Shown here: piece by piece, positions 42,090 through 52,073 of the stretch
Layout: every line of letters begins with the position of its first letter
How positions within the stretch are numbered: position 1 is the first letter of the stretch
Source of the DNA: an uncultured candidate division Zixibacteria bacterium
GTDB lineage: Bacteria; Zixibacteria; MSB-5A5; UBA10806
Assembly (NCBI GenBank): GCA_963817915.1
Contig: CAWFQL010000009.1
Coordinates: 160,001-224,000, forward strand
Direction of reading: 5' to 3'
Length of the DNA: 64,000 bases
Made by a program: the position numbers and the translations under genes
The notes under the pieces: model-generated
What the model was told of the DNA's origin: nothing
The model's database searches: none
Seen by the model: the letters and a program-made list of their open reading frames with translations, nothing else

Positions 42090-42446
42090 ATGGAATTTTC
42101 GCGTGTTGACAGACTTCAGAGCCAGCTAATCAAAGTGATTTCAGTAATTGTCGCCGATGAATTGAAAGATTCTCCTCCCGCCATGATTACATTTTTGAGG
42201 GCGGAGGTCAGCAAGGATTTGAAATACGCAAAAGTATATTATTCTGTTTTTGGCGAACAACCCAAAATCGATGAATGCCTTACTTTTCTGAAACGACATA
42301 ATGGGGCGATCAGAAGGCTTGTTGGCCAACAAATGAGAATGCGCTATCTTCCCGAAATTACATTTCATTTCGACTCATCTATGGAGAATGTTTTCAAGAT
42401 ATCGGATATTTTAGACAAATTAAAAAAAGATGAAAAACCTGAGTGA
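42090..42446 (+). CDS. rbfA: Ribosome-binding factor A
   Basis: VSKDLKYAKVY, MRYLPEITFHFD. Confidence 0.93.
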   Translation: MEFSRVDRLQSQLIKVISVIVADELKDSPPAMITFLRAEVSKDLKYAKVYYSVFGEQPKIDECLTFLKRHNGAIRRLVGQQMRMRYLPEITFHFDSSMENVFKISDILDKLKKDEKPE

Positions 42447-43410
42447 AATCGAAAAAATACTCGATGTTATAAATGAAAACGATCGTTTTCTGATAACTTC
42501 GCATATGGATCCCGATGGCGATTCAATCGGATCCCAGCTTGGGCTTTTCTATGCCCTCAAGGACCTTGGCAAAAAATCGTATATAGTCGATCAGGGTCAA
42601 TTGCCAGCGAAGTATGATTTTCTCGACCCCGAAAACCTGATAAAAGGTGAGGCAAATTCGATTCCATTTTCTCCGCAGGTGACAGTTTTTGTCGAATGTC
42701 CCGAGATCAAGAGAATCGGATTTGTCAGCGATCTGCTTCCGCCAGAATCTATCAAGATCAATATCGATCATCACCATGATAACGATAATTATGGCGATTT
42801 GAATTGGGTGGATACTGAATGCTGCGCCGCCGGTGAAATGATTTACTATATCCTAAGAGAGGGAAAATTTAATATAACCCCCGTAATCGCGATGGAGCTT
42901 TATGCCGCAATTGTTTCCGATACCGGGCAATTCAAATTTTCATCCACTTCGGCTAACGGCATGAAGGCCGCCTCCGAGCTCATCCAATTGGGAGCCAATC
43001 CCAAAATGATTTCCGATAAGATATTTTCCCGTTTCGCTCCCGAGACAATAAAGCTCCTGGGCAATACTCTAGGCAATATGGCGATTGTAGCCAATGGTAA
43101 AATAGCCGTCACTCAGATTTCCAGAAATGATTTGAAAGCATCCAATGCCAAATTGGAAAATAGCGAAGGATTCGTGGATTATTTACTTTCGGTCGCACAA
43201 ATCGAACTTGGAATATTATTTAAAGAGATTGATGATAAAACTGTCAAAGTTTCACTGCGATCACAGAATGGCGTCGACGCGTCCAAATTGGCCAGAGAAT
43301 TTAATGGCGGAGGACATATCAATGCTGCCGGTTTCACAGTGAACGGTGCTCTAAAAGAAGTAAAAGATAAGGTTGTCAAAAGGGCGACAGAGTATATACA
43401 TGCCAAATAA
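42430..43410 (+). CDS. nrnA: DHH/DHHA1 oligoribonuclease / pAp phosphatase
   Basis: HMDPDGDSIGS, IDHH, DTG, GGGH. Confidence 0.9.
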   Translation: MKNLSEIEKILDVINENDRFLITSHMDPDGDSIGSQLGLFYALKDLGKKSYIVDQGQLPAKYDFLDPENLIKGEANSIPFSPQVTVFVECPEIKRIGFVSDLLPPESIKINIDHHHDNDNYGDLNWVDTECCAAGEMIYYILREGKFNITPVIAMELYAAIVSDTGQFKFSSTSANGMKAASELIQLGANPKMISDKIFSRFAPETIKLLGNTLGNMAIVANGKIAVTQISRNDLKASNAKLENSEGFVDYLLSVAQIELGILFKEIDDKTVKVSLRSQNGVDASKLAREFNGGGHINAAGFTVNGALKEVKDKVVKRATEYIHAK

Positions 43411-44350
43411 AGATGGAATAATGCTCATAGATAAACCGGCGGGCATGACCTCGCATGATGTCGTCGATTATCTGCGCCGTTATCTGCAAACTAAGAGGAT
43501 TGGTCATATTGGTATTCTCGATCCCAATGCGACCGGTCTTTTGGTGATGCTGATTGGACAAGGAACATTGTTTTCAGCCATGCTCATGGGCCTTGGTAAA
43601 CGATATGTAGCCCGAATGGAATTCGGTGTTGCAACTGACACTTATGATTCCGATGGCAAGATTACGAGAACAGGCGATCCAGGCACAATGACAAAAAGCG
43701 ATTTTGAAAAATTGCTCATGGGATTCAAAGGCGAAATCGAACAATTAGTACCTGTTTACTCAGCCGCCAAGCGGGATGGCAAGACCATGCACAAAATGGC
43801 TCGTAAAGGCAAAGCTGTCACGCCTGGCCATAAAGTTGTTCGCATAGATGATATAAATATTATCGATTTTGGCTGGCCTGAGGTAGCATTGGATATCAAA
43901 TGCGCGTCGGGTACTTATGTTAGAAGTATCGCTCACCAGCTCGGGGAAATTATCGGATGCGGCGGTCATCTCAAAAAATTAAGACGAATGGAAGTAGGAC
44001 AATTCAAGATAGCATCCGCGGTCACCCTTGAAGAAGTATCGAAATCGGATAATCCGACAAAATATATTATGCCTCTTATGGACGCTTTGCCGATGTTTCC
44101 GGCGATTTCAATCAAGCCAGAGTATTTCGGCGCAGTCCTAAATGGTCGTCCGCTAATGAAAAAATATATTACCGAAAATAATTATTCCGGCAAGGGGGGA
44201 GAGCTCTCTTTGCTTTTGGGACCGGAAGAAAAAGTATTGGCCCTTGCAAGATTGAATATGCTTTGGGCTTCTGTAAAAAGCCTCGGACCGTCCGAGATAA
44301 TGGGAACATACGTCAGGGTTATAGATGAAGGTCATCTCAGGGATAGATAA
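43400..44350 (+). CDS. truB: tRNA pseudouridine(55) synthase
   Basis: DKPAGMTSHDVV, GHIGILDP, GTYVRS. Confidence 0.95.
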   Translation: MPNKDGIMLIDKPAGMTSHDVVDYLRRYLQTKRIGHIGILDPNATGLLVMLIGQGTLFSAMLMGLGKRYVARMEFGVATDTYDSDGKITRTGDPGTMTKSDFEKLLMGFKGEIEQLVPVYSAAKRDGKTMHKMARKGKAVTPGHKVVRIDDINIIDFGWPEVALDIKCASGTYVRSIAHQLGEIIGCGGHLKKLRRMEVGQFKIASAVTLEEVSKSDNPTKYIMPLMDALPMFPAISIKPEYFGAVLNGRPLMKKYITENNYSGKGGELSLLLGPEEKVLALARLNMLWASVKSLGPSEIMGTYVRVIDEGHLRDR

Positions 44351-45254
44351 ATTAGAATCAGCCGGTTTACTCGAAAGCGCCGCTACTCTGGGCACATTCG
44401 ATGGTGTTCATAACGGACATCGGCAAATAATCGCGAACCTGCTTGAGGTCAGCCGCAAAGGCAATTTGCATCCGGTTCTGGTCACATTCGATCCTCATCC
44501 TCAAATGGTTCTTGGCACTCGCGGCCCGATAGAAATATTAACTACACTCGACGAAAAATTGGACCTCCTAAAAGATACAGGTATTGAGACAGTAGTCGTC
44601 CTTGAATTCAATCGCCAACTCGCTTCATTCCCTCCACAGCAATTCGTCAAAGATATTTTGATGGATAAGCTTGGCATGAAAGCATTAATTATAGGTTTTG
44701 ATCACGCCTTTGGAAAGAATCGCGAGGGGAATAAAGAACTCCTGGCATCAATGGCCAAAAAAGAAGGCTTCCATTTCGTAGTAGTTCCTGAATTCAAAAT
44801 CGATGGCCAAATAATAAAATCGACTGCAATCAGGTACGAATTGAAAAACGGCGATTACGCTCTCGCAAAAAGAGCCTTGGGTTATAATTATCTGATTTCG
44901 GGCAAAATCATTCATGGCCATGGAATTGGTAAAACTCTCGGTTATCCAACAATAAACCTCGCTGTGCAGGCGGGCAAATTGCTTCCCAAGCAAGGAGTTT
45001 ATTCAGCCAAAGCCGCTATCGACGGCAAGAAATATGATGGCATGACATATATCGGTGAACGATTGACATTCGATGATACCTCGCTTGTAGTGGAAATAAA
45101 TCTGTTTGATTTCAAAAATGAACCTCAGTTCGATCACGCCACGATCGAATTGATTGATTACATCAGGCCGCCGGAAAAATTCGAAACCGCGGCAAAATTG
45201 GTCGAGAAAATTAAAAACGATGAAGTAGAGATTAAAAAAAGATTCAAATATTAA
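44325..45254 (+). CDS. ribF: Riboflavin kinase / FAD synthetase
   Basis: GTFDGVHNGH, GYPTIN. Confidence 0.96.
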   Translation: MKVISGIDKLESAGLLESAATLGTFDGVHNGHRQIIANLLEVSRKGNLHPVLVTFDPHPQMVLGTRGPIEILTTLDEKLDLLKDTGIETVVVLEFNRQLASFPPQQFVKDILMDKLGMKALIIGFDHAFGKNREGNKELLASMAKKEGFHFVVVPEFKIDGQIIKSTAIRYELKNGDYALAKRALGYNYLISGKIIHGHGIGKTLGYPTINLAVQAGKLLPKQGVYSAKAAIDGKKYDGMTYIGERLTFDDTSLVVEINLFDFKNEPQFDHATIELIDYIRPPEKFETAAKLVEKIKNDEVEIKKRFKY

Positions 45255-45265
45255 GGAGGAATTAA

Positions 45266-45535
45266 GTGACTATCACTAAGGAAGCAAGAAAGAAAACAAT
45301 TGATACGTATCGTCTGCACGAATCCGATACCGGCTCGGTCGAAGTCCAGGTGGCCCTCTTGACCGCCCGCATCAATGAACTCACAGGTCATCTGCAGACG
45401 CATGTAAAAGACCATCATTCCCGTATGGGACTATTGAAGATGGTCGGCCAAAGGCGCAGATTGCTCGAATACTTGAAAAAATCGGATCTGACAGCATACA
45501 GATCGCTCATAGAAAATCTCAATTTGAGAAAGTAA
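45266..45535 (+). CDS. rpsO: 30S ribosomal protein S15
   Basis: [22 protein letters not shown]. Confidence 0.98.
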   Translation: MTITKEARKKTIDTYRLHESDTGSVEVQVALLTARINELTGHLQTHVKDHHSRMGLLKMVGQRRRLLEYLKKSDLTAYRSLIENLNLRK

Positions 45536-45561
45536 ATATTTCCGTTATCGGAGGATAAGTT

Positions 45562-47733
45562 TTGGATAAAGTAGAACTGCGTTTTGATGATGGCAGAATT
45601 CTCAGCATAGAAACCGGGCATGTTGCCAAGCAAGCCGGAGGTGCCGTCATGGTGCGACTGGGCGATACGGTTGTATTTGCCGCCGCCACCGGCTCGGATA
45701 AAGGTCTCGATCAGGATTTCTTCCCTCTAACAGTCGATTACAGAGAGAAATCCTACGCGGCCGGAAAAATCCCTGGCGGCTTTTTCAAACGAGAAGGCCG
45801 TCCCAGTGAAAAAGAAATACTGTCGGCTCGTCTGTGCGACAGACCATTAAGGCCGCTCTTTCCCGATGGCTACACCAATGAAGTACAGATCATGATTAAT
45901 GTACTATCATCGGATCAGGAAAACGACGGCGATATATTGGGAATTATCGCGGCGTCAGCGGCGCTTCGTATTTCCAATATCCCATTCCATACGACTATCG
46001 GCGCGGTCAGAGTCGGACGCATCGATGGTCAATACAGAATAAATCCGTTGTTCTCGGAGCTCGAAAAATCTGATATGAATATCAGCATTGCCGGAACGAA
46101 GGATTTTATCAATATGGTCGAAGGCGGGGCTCGCGAGATATCAGAAAAAGATATGGTCGATGCCCTATCATTCGGCCATGAGTTCATCAAGAAGGTCGTA
46201 GCGATAATTGAAGAACTCACCGCCAAAGTCGGCAAACCCAAACCCGAAGTTGTCCCGCCGGTTATTAATCCCGAGATAGTCTCTGAGGTTACTAACCTGA
46301 CAGCTGGGAAGATAAAAGCCGCCAACAGAATCCGCGATAAGAAGGGGAGAAGCGACGCTATCGAGAAGATCAGGACAGAGACGCTTGAAGCATTAGCCGA
46401 AAAATTCCCCGAATCCGAAAAGCAGATTAAAGCCGTTATCGAAGAAATCGAACGAACCGATCTGCGTGCCATGATCCTTGATGAGCATGTTCGCGCCGAT
46501 GGCAGAGGATTCGAAGACATCCGCGATATCTCTATCGAAATTGGCGTGCTACCGAGAACACATGGCTCAGCGCTATTTACTCGAGGCCAAACTCAGGCGC
46601 TGGTAGTTGCCACTCTCGGAACCAAAATCGATGAACAACGTATCGACGATCTTCTTGGCGAATCATTCAAGAGCTATATGCTTCATTATAATTTCCCGTC
46701 GTATTCGGTCGGCGAAGTTCGTCCGATCAGAGGCCCGGGACGTAGAGAAATCGGACATGGCGCTTTGGCTGAACGAGCCTTGGAGCCGGTCATTCCCGTT
46801 GAAGAGAAATTCCCATATACGATTAGAATTGTATCGGATATTCTCGAATCAAATGGCTCGTCGTCAATGGCGACTGTATGCGGCGGCTCTCTATCATTGA
46901 TGGACGCTGGAGTACCGATCAAGGCTCCCGTTGCGGGTATAGCTATGGGGCTTGTTAAGGAAGGCGACAAGACCGCTATCTTAACTGATATTCTTGGAGT
47001 TGAAGATCATCTTGGTGATATGGATTTCAAAGTCACCGGCACGGATAATGGCGTTACCGCGTTCCAAATGGATATCAAAATCGGCGGCGTGACTGTTGAG
47101 CTCATGGAAAGGGCCCTCGATCAAGCCAAGAGAGCTCGCCTTGTCGTTCTTGGTAAAATGAATCAGGCGATCTCAACACCTCGTCCTGAGCTTTCTCCTT
47201 ACGCGCCTCGTATCATCACCATTAAGGTTCCTATCGATAAGATTGGAGAGATCATCGGCCCCGGAGGCAAAATGATTCGCAGTATTATCGAGCAAACCGG
47301 CGCCAAGATCGATATCGAAGACGATGGTACAGTTATCATCGCCTCGGTCGATCAATCCGCCGGAGAAGCCGCACGTGACAAGATTTTGGGTATGTGCGAA
47401 GTGCCTGAAATCGGCAGAACCTACACGGGCAAGGTAAAGAGAATCGCCGCATTTGGCGCGTTTATCGAAATCCTGCCCGGCACCGATGGTCTCGTGCATA
47501 TTTCCGAATTGGAATATCACAGGGTCAACAGGGTCGAGGATGTCATTAATCTCGGCGATACCGTCATGGTTAAGGTTATCGATATCGATAATGAAGGTAA
47601 AATCCGTTTATCGCGAAAAGCCTTATTGCCCAAACCGGAAGGTTATAGCGAAAATTCCGGCGGTGGAGGTGGTGGTAGTAGTGATAGGCCTTCGAGGCCG
47701 CCATATCGCCCCAGGAGAGATAATGACCGCTGA
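45562..47733 (+). CDS. pnp: Polyribonucleotide nucleotidyltransferase
   Basis: FFKREGRP, RREIGHG, DMDFKV, KH and S1 domains. Confidence 0.99.
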   Translation: MDKVELRFDDGRILSIETGHVAKQAGGAVMVRLGDTVVFAAATGSDKGLDQDFFPLTVDYREKSYAAGKIPGGFFKREGRPSEKEILSARLCDRPLRPLFPDGYTNEVQIMINVLSSDQENDGDILGIIAASAALRISNIPFHTTIGAVRVGRIDGQYRINPLFSELEKSDMNISIAGTKDFINMVEGGAREISEKDMVDALSFGHEFIKKVVAIIEELTAKVGKPKPEVVPPVINPEIVSEVTNLTAGKIKAANRIRDKKGRSDAIEKIRTETLEALAEKFPESEKQIKAVIEEIERTDLRAMILDEHVRADGRGFEDIRDISIEIGVLPRTHGSALFTRGQTQALVVATLGTKIDEQRIDDLLGESFKSYMLHYNFPSYSVGEVRPIRGPGRREIGHGALAERALEPVIPVEEKFPYTIRIVSDILESNGSSSMATVCGGSLSLMDAGVPIKAPVAGIAMGLVKEGDKTAILTDILGVEDHLGDMDFKVTGTDNGVTAFQMDIKIGGVTVELMERALDQAKRARLVVLGKMNQAISTPRPELSPYAPRIITIKVPIDKIGEIIGPGGKMIRSIIEQTGAKIDIEDDGTVIIASVDQSAGEAARDKILGMCEVPEIGRTYTGKVKRIAAFGAFIEILPGTDGLVHISELEYHRVNRVEDVINLGDTVMVKVIDIDNEGKIRLSRKALLPKPEGYSENSGGGGGGSSDRPSRPPYRPRRDNDR

Positions 47734-48988
47734 GACCGCTCTCTATAAGAAGACCGTTCTGCCTCATGGTCTGAGGATTATCACTGAGGCCATACCTCAT
47801 GTTCGTTCGGTATCGATGGGAGTTTGGATCAATGTCGGCTCCAGAGATGAAAACGATTCATCGTCTGGCGTTTCCCATTTTATCGAGCATATGGTCTTCA
47901 AGGGTACCAAAAATCGAAATGCATCTGAAATCGCCTCCTACCTCGAATCCGTAGGAGGCGTTCTCAATGCCTTCACCAGCCGCGAGCAGACCTGTTTCTA
48001 CGCGAAATTCCTCGATGAGCAATTGTCCAAAGCGACCGAAATTCTTTTCGATCTGATCAACAATGCTTTATTCGATCCGAACGAGATAGAAAAGGAAAAA
48101 AAGGTCGTGTTGGAGGAATTGAAGGATATAGAGGATTCGCCCAGCGATATCATCCATGATCTTTTCGCGAGCGCGCTTTTTGGCAAACATCCTCTGGGCC
48201 GCTCCATCATGGGCAATCGCACTACAATCAACAATATCAAGAAAAGACACATACTTGGCTATGTAGGAAAATTCTATCGTCCCGATAGGATCATTGTTTC
48301 CGCTTCCGGGAATCTTGTGCATGAAAAGTTGGTTGAAGAAGTACTAAAACATTACGATCCTTCACAGATTGATCAATCTTCTAATGGCCGCAGAAAGCCG
48401 GTATTCAAACCAGTGCAGAAGGTTCATTACAAGAAAATTAAACAGACACATGTGTGTTTGGGCGTTCAGGCTAGAGATTTCAACCATAATTCCAGAAGCG
48501 CCATGTCGCTTTTAAATTCAATTATGGGTGGCGGCATGTCATCCAGACTATTTCAGGAAATCAGGGAAAATCTCGGACTGGCCTATAGCATATTTTCATA
48601 TCTCGATTATTTCGAAGACACGGGAGTTTTCGGAATTTATCTGGGTACAGATAAGAAAAATGTTAAAAAAGCGCTTCTCGCCGTACGGAAAAAGATCAAT
48701 GAGGCTATGGAAAATAAGCTTCCTCAAGATGAGCTCGAACGGGCCAAAGAACAGCTAAAGGGCAACCTCATGCTCGGTTTGGAAAATACATCCAATAGAA
48801 TGAATCGCCTTGCCAAGCATGAATTGCTAGCTGGTAGATATATAAGTCTCGATGAAACAGTCTCATCGATAGACGCCGTGACATCAGAGGGCATTGCCGA
48901 GGTCGCCAACGATATGTTTTCCAAAAAAGATTTTACAATAGTCACGCTCGGCCCCGTCGAAAACAACATTTATAAAGCCTTAGATTAA
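47723..48988 (+). CDS. M16-family zinc peptidase
   Basis: HFIEH inverted zinc motif, NAFTSRE, GGGMSSRLFQEIRE; ATG 47723 overlaps the pnp end. Confidence 0.93.
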   Translation: MTAETALYKKTVLPHGLRIITEAIPHVRSVSMGVWINVGSRDENDSSSGVSHFIEHMVFKGTKNRNASEIASYLESVGGVLNAFTSREQTCFYAKFLDEQLSKATEILFDLINNALFDPNEIEKEKKVVLEELKDIEDSPSDIIHDLFASALFGKHPLGRSIMGNRTTINNIKKRHILGYVGKFYRPDRIIVSASGNLVHEKLVEEVLKHYDPSQIDQSSNGRRKPVFKPVQKVHYKKIKQTHVCLGVQARDFNHNSRSAMSLLNSIMGGGMSSRLFQEIRENLGLAYSIFSYLDYFEDTGVFGIYLGTDKKNVKKALLAVRKKINEAMENKLPQDELERAKEQLKGNLMLGLENTSNRMNRLAKHELLAGRYISLDETVSSIDAVTSEGIAEVANDMFSKKDFTIVTLGPVENNIYKALD

Positions 48989-49096
48989 CCGCTTTTATTA
49001 GTTAAGCCGAAAAACCATATTGCATAATATTATTTCTGGTATTATTCTAAACAAAGTTGGAAAATATAATGAGCGATTTCTAATGGAGAAGGCGAA

Positions 49097-49447
49097 TTGG
49101 AAAGATTCATTCTAAAACTGCTGGTAACATCTGTGGCCATTTTCATAGTTGTAAAAATACTTCCCTGGATAAAAATCGATAGCCCGGTGACGCTTATCGT
49201 AACCGCGTTATTGCTTGGTATTTTAAATACATTTCTGAGGCCGATTTTGATATTTCTTACATTGCCGATAAGTATTCTAAGTTTAGGATTATTCATACTC
49301 GTAATAAATGGTATCATCCTTTACCTGGTGTCATTGATAGTCCCGGGATTCGAGACTTTGAATATCTGGGTGGCAATTCTGGCCGCCTTATTGATATCAA
49401 TTATTTCCTCGGCTATTAATTTGATGATTAGAGACAATAGACATTAA
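49097..49447 (+). CDS. 4-TM phage-holin-family (YvlD-like) membrane protein
   Basis: LNTFLRPILIFLTLPI...GLFILVING. Confidence 0.85.
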   Translation: MERFILKLLVTSVAIFIVVKILPWIKIDSPVTLIVTALLLGILNTFLRPILIFLTLPISILSLGLFILVINGIILYLVSLIVPGFETLNIWVAILAALLISIISSAINLMIRDNRH

Positions 49448-49462
49448 AAGGCAGCAATTGAA

Positions 49463-51964
49463 ATGGCAGTTAACGATCAAAAGACAAATGCCCCTACTTC
49501 ATATCCATTCAAGGAAATAGAGCTCAAATGGCGAAAATTCTGGGAAGAAAATAAGCTTCATAAGACAGATTTTTCTAAGGCCGATAAAAAGCTTTATTCG
49601 CTTGTCATGTTTTCGTATCCGTCGGGAGACAAACTCCACGTCGGACATTGGTATAATTTCGCTCCCGCCGATACCTGGACGCGAAAGAAAAAGATGGAAG
49701 GCTACAATACCTTCGAGCCAATGGGGTACGATGCATTCGGACTGCCGGCTGAAAATTATGCCATAAAAACCGGCATTCACCCGGCTAAATCGACAAAAGA
49801 TAATATTGAATATATTCGCAAACAGCTCAAGGAAATCGGCGCCATGTATGATTGGGATCATGAGCTTTCGACCTGCGATCCCGAATACTACAAATGGACT
49901 CAATGGCTCTTCCTGCGGTTTTTTGAAAAAGGAATGGCGGTCCGCAAAGAAGCGCCTGTAAATTGGTGTCCATCCTGCAAAACCGTATTAGCTAACGAGC
50001 AGGTCGTCAATGGCCGTTGCGAGCGATGCGATACGCCGATTACAAGAAAAAACCTCAAGCAATGGTTTCTGCGGATAACCGAATACGCCGATCGCTTGCT
50101 CGATGGGCTCGACAAGCTCGATTGGCCGGCTAAGACAGTTACCATGCAACGAAACTGGATCGGCCGATCCGAAGGCACAGAGATTATTTTCAAGGTCGAG
50201 AAGTCGAATGAGAAAATCCCTGTATTCACAACCCGAGCCGATACTCTATTTGGAGTAACCTATATAGTTCTTGCTCCTGAGCATCCGATGGTCGAGAAGC
50301 TGACAACCGCTGAAAGCAAAACCGCTGTTAATAATTATATCGAGCAAAGCCGCAGACTTTCGGAAATCGATCGGCTTTCAACTGTCAAAGAAAAGACCGG
50401 TGTCTTTCTGGGCAGCTATGCTACCAATCCTATTAACGGCCAGAAAATACCGATCTGGATCGCCGACTATGTACTTTACTCGTATGGCACTGGGGCCGTA
50501 ATGGCTGTTCCCGGCCATGATGAACGAGATTGGGAATTCGCCACCAAATTCAGGCAGGAGATAAAACAAGTAATCGCTTCATCGGATGGGTCGATAGTCG
50601 ACATCTCCGGAGGAGCTTATGTCGAATACGGCAAAATGATTAATTCCGGCGATTTTAGTGGTCTGGATTCTGAAATCGGAATCAAGAAAGTGACCCATCA
50701 GCTTAAATCGGTCGGCGCTGGAGACTTTCGAATCACTTACAAGCTCCGGGATTGGTTGATTTCCCGTCAACGATATTGGGGCGCACCGATTCCTATAATT
50801 ATTTGTCCCAAATGCGGCGATGTTGCTGTCCCTGATTCCGATTTGCCTATACTTCTGCCCGAAGTCAAAGATTTCAGGCCAACAGGCGAGGGTAAATCGC
50901 CCCTGGCAAGCTCAGAAAAATTTGTCCGTACCAAATGTCCAAAGTGCGGGGGAGAAGCTGAGCGAGAGACTGAGACCATGGATACCTTTGTTGATTCCTC
51001 CTGGTATTTCCTGCGCTATGTCGATCCTCATTACAGTAAAGGCCCCTGGAATCCCGAATTGATCAAAAAATGGCTGCCGGTCGATATGTATATTGGCGGC
51101 GCAGAACATACGGTAATGCACCTAATGTATGCCCGTTTCTTCTGCATGTATCTGCATGATATAGGCTTATTGCCTTTTGCTGAACCATTTCTAAAGCTTC
51201 GCCATCAGGGTACAATCACCAATAAGGGCGATAAAATGTCGAAATCACGCGGCAATGTTGTTAGCCCTGATCAATTTACCAATCTCTTCGGTTCGGATAC
51301 CTTCAGGATGTACTTGATGTTTATGGGCTCATATAGTCTCGGCGGCGATTGGGATGATTCCGGCATCAACGGTGTCGCGCGCTTCCTCAATCGAGTCTAT
51401 CGCATCGTGATGACTTACAAAGATGAAATCAAGTCCCGAGGATCTTTGACCTATGAATCCATTAAGGACAAAGACCCCGACTTAAACCATCGCCTGAACC
51501 TGACCATCAAACGGGTTACTGTCGATATCGATAATCTCGATTTCAATACTGCGATCGCATCCTGCATGGAACTTGTTAACGATCTATATAAGATAACAGA
51601 CAATCAAAATGAAACCAAGCCCGATCTGTTTTACTATTCGATAAAGCAATTGATTTTGATTCTTGCGCCATTGGCTCCGCATTTATCCGAAGAGCTCTGG
51701 CATCAGATCGGCGGCAAACAGACTGTATTCACGCAATCATGGCCGAAATATAATGAAGCCGCTTTAGAGCAGGCCACGATTACCATGGTAATTCAGGTCA
51801 ATAGCCGCTTGAGAGGCAGCTTTAACGTCCCGGTCGATATCAATGAGGGTCAGCTATTTAAGCTGGCTAATTCAGATGCTAAAATTGCCCAGTATCTTGA
51901 TGGCAAAGAGATAGTCAAAAAGATATTTATTCCTGGAAAGCTTTTGAATATCGTCGTAAAGTAG
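49463..51964 (+). CDS. leuS: Leucyl-tRNA synthetase
   Basis: HVGH, DWLISRQRYWG, KMSKS. Confidence 0.98.
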   Translation: MAVNDQKTNAPTSYPFKEIELKWRKFWEENKLHKTDFSKADKKLYSLVMFSYPSGDKLHVGHWYNFAPADTWTRKKKMEGYNTFEPMGYDAFGLPAENYAIKTGIHPAKSTKDNIEYIRKQLKEIGAMYDWDHELSTCDPEYYKWTQWLFLRFFEKGMAVRKEAPVNWCPSCKTVLANEQVVNGRCERCDTPITRKNLKQWFLRITEYADRLLDGLDKLDWPAKTVTMQRNWIGRSEGTEIIFKVEKSNEKIPVFTTRADTLFGVTYIVLAPEHPMVEKLTTAESKTAVNNYIEQSRRLSEIDRLSTVKEKTGVFLGSYATNPINGQKIPIWIADYVLYSYGTGAVMAVPGHDERDWEFATKFRQEIKQVIASSDGSIVDISGGAYVEYGKMINSGDFSGLDSEIGIKKVTHQLKSVGAGDFRITYKLRDWLISRQRYWGAPIPIIICPKCGDVAVPDSDLPILLPEVKDFRPTGEGKSPLASSEKFVRTKCPKCGGEAERETETMDTFVDSSWYFLRYVDPHYSKGPWNPELIKKWLPVDMYIGGAEHTVMHLMYARFFCMYLHDIGLLPFAEPFLKLRHQGTITNKGDKMSKSRGNVVSPDQFTNLFGSDTFRMYLMFMGSYSLGGDWDDSGINGVARFLNRVYRIVMTYKDEIKSRGSLTYESIKDKDPDLNHRLNLTIKRVTVDIDNLDFNTAIASCMELVNDLYKITDNQNETKPDLFYYSIKQLILILAPLAPHLSEELWHQIGGKQTVFTQSWPKYNEAALEQATITMVIQVNSRLRGSFNVPVDINEGQLFKLANSDAKIAQYLDGKEIVKKIFIPGKLLNIVVK

Positions 51965-52005
51965 GGCGGAGTCGCCAAAACATAGAGTTAGTGACTTCTC
52001 CCGCA

Positions 52006-52033
52006 AGTTTACATAATATATCTTATAGGACAT
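52006..52033 (-). other. dif: dif-like XerCD recombination site (probable chromosome terminus)
   Basis: Minus strand ATGTCCTATAA-GATATA-TTATGTAAACT, 11-6-11 layout; located at the gene-orientation switch. Confidence 0.85.
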
Positions 52034-52073
52034 TAGTGAAAGAAGCGGATTGCGCTTTCAGTCGTCAAAACCA

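Noticed and set aside
47453..47722. N-terminal extension of the M16 peptidase in the ORF track
   Set aside because: Overlaps pnp by about 270 nt; the family-like sequence starts at ATG 47723
49097..49447. Holin as evidence of a prophage
   Set aside because: YvlD-like housekeeping-context membrane protein; no phage genes nearby
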